DNA of 64,000 bases from Octopus sinensis (taxonomy: Eukaryota): the NCBI RefSeq assembly GCF_006345805.1, contig NC_043009.1, forward strand, positions 31,186,001 through 31,250,000. The letters run 5' to 3'. How positions within the stretch are numbered: the stretch's first letter is position 1; each line of letters starts with the position of its first letter. The notes under the pieces are model-generated. The model searched no databases, was not told the DNA's origin, and saw only the letters and a list, made by a program, of their open reading frames with translations. Positions 62,619 through 64,000 of the stretch are shown here, one piece after another. Position numbers and translations under genes: made by a program.

Positions 62619-63639
62619 CATCATCATCATCATCATCATCAGTATTATTATTATTATCATTATTGCTACTGCAGCTGCTGTTGTTGTTGTTGTAGTTGCT
62701 GTTGCTGTTGTTGTTTTCGACCTCATCATAATGGAATAAAAATCCAAATCTAGTTTATATTTTAGTATATCATAGTCAAGACATTAATGGAATAGTAATG
62801 TTTTCTCTGCTCAAGGCAATATTTTTTTTTTTTTGTTATTCTTATTATTGGGGGGAGGTCTGTACAAAAATATAAATGTATAACATGAGAACAAAAATAA
62901 ATAGATAAAATATTAAGTAGGTAATAGCTTTAAAAAAGAAAAGCAACACAAATTGGAATTTCGCTGTTACATATCTAATATTATAATATTATCAGAATAT
63001 TATCCTTAATTTAATGATTCCAGCAGTTATTTCTCCTTTTCCAAATTCTTCATAAATAACACCATCACAGTGGTATTTATACCACATAGTTTATTTCTAA
63101 AATTTCATTTTACATCATTTAACTCTATATTGTTAAAGCATGAGACCTACTTGTGAATTGCCAGCAATTCTGCACAATATTAATGCCTTGAGGAATTATT
63201 AAATAGAATACAGATATGGAACCATAATTTTTCTAATCTTCCAATCATCTAAGGTGCCTTTTCAGGTGTGAATGGTTTGAGAGTAACTGGTTATTTACAA
63301 ACTAATTGTCAATTAGATTTTATAAAGTTAGCAGAGGTACCAATTGACAGAATTAATACCTGCCAATAGAGATGGTGTAGCTTACAGTTTGTTCTGTCGT
63401 TGTTTTTATCCCCTACGATGTATTATTCTGAAAGTATTCAGGACCAGGAAAAGAAGATCTAGTTGGTTGTAGAAAGACTTGAACATGCTTTCACTATGAT
63501 GGTAGCGTGGACAGTATGTTGATAATTAAATAACAGCTTTTGCTTTGGATTAACAGGTCGGACACTTTAGTCGATATTTCATTTTATAAGACATGTCAAG
63601 CTAAGAAAAATCACAGTGTTCCATAGACGCAGACTTGTC

Positions 63640-63905
63640 TTCTACAGGTGCTGGTGCCCTTAAAATGTACTGGTGGCATGGCTGCATAAATCCACCTGTA
63701 CCAGTGGCGCATAAAAAGCACCCAGCACACTCTGTAATGTGGTTGGCATAAAGAAGGGCATCCAGCTATAAGAACCATATGTCAAAACAGACAATTGGAG
63801 TCTGGGCGGTTCCACGGCTGGCCAGCTTCTGTGAAACCATCCAACTCATGCCAGCATAGAAAACAGATGTTAAGTGATGCTGTTGATGATGATGATGATG
63901 ATGGT
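63640..63905 (+). mobile_element. RTE 3' tail fragment, diverged
   Basis: GGTGGC..TAAAAAGCACCC..GGTTGGCA.AAGAAGGGCATCCAGCT..CATGCCAGCATAGAAAAC followed by (ATG)n. Confidence 0.75.
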
Positions 63906-64000
63906 GATGAATGATATTTCCCAAATGTTGTATGTAGAAGTCTCTTTTATCTAACTGAGACATAAAAAGTGGGTATTTGTAAATGACGGTGTTGTATTTT

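Overview
AT-rich, microsatellite-saturated eukaryotic DNA with no confidently identifiable host exon. The SINE families, RTE LINE tails and simple-repeat density point to an octopus (coleoid cephalopod) intron or intergenic region; the organism call is inference. Almost all long ORFs in the track are translated microsatellites. The real content is mobile-element debris: four 5'-truncated copies of one RTE LINE (with a PHD-like zinc finger inside the RT), a second RTE-group fragment, a CR1-like 3' end, R4/Dong-like RLE fragments, a near full-length dead cecropia-type mariner, a mariner foldback, a Helitron helicase remnant and a non-autonomous Helitron, a probable solo LTR, MITE-like hairpins and more than 30 tRNA-derived SINEs. 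The most notable signal is a set of Penelope-type inverted or partly tandem structures carrying hammerhead ribozyme motifs. These are (i) a tRNA-like head plus minimal hammerhead at 24.8-25.4 kb (behind a GIY-YIG remnant) and at 50.7-51.3 kb, (ii) a ~730 bp palindrome at 57 kb with a hammerhead in each arm, and (iii) a gag/ORF1-only element at 32.6-35.3 kb whose terminal repeat holds all hammerhead core strands in a non-circularly permuted order. The same order recurs with different stem sequences at 38.4 kb. All structures were folded by eye and none was tested. Repeat coordinates are approximate (about +/-10-20 bp).
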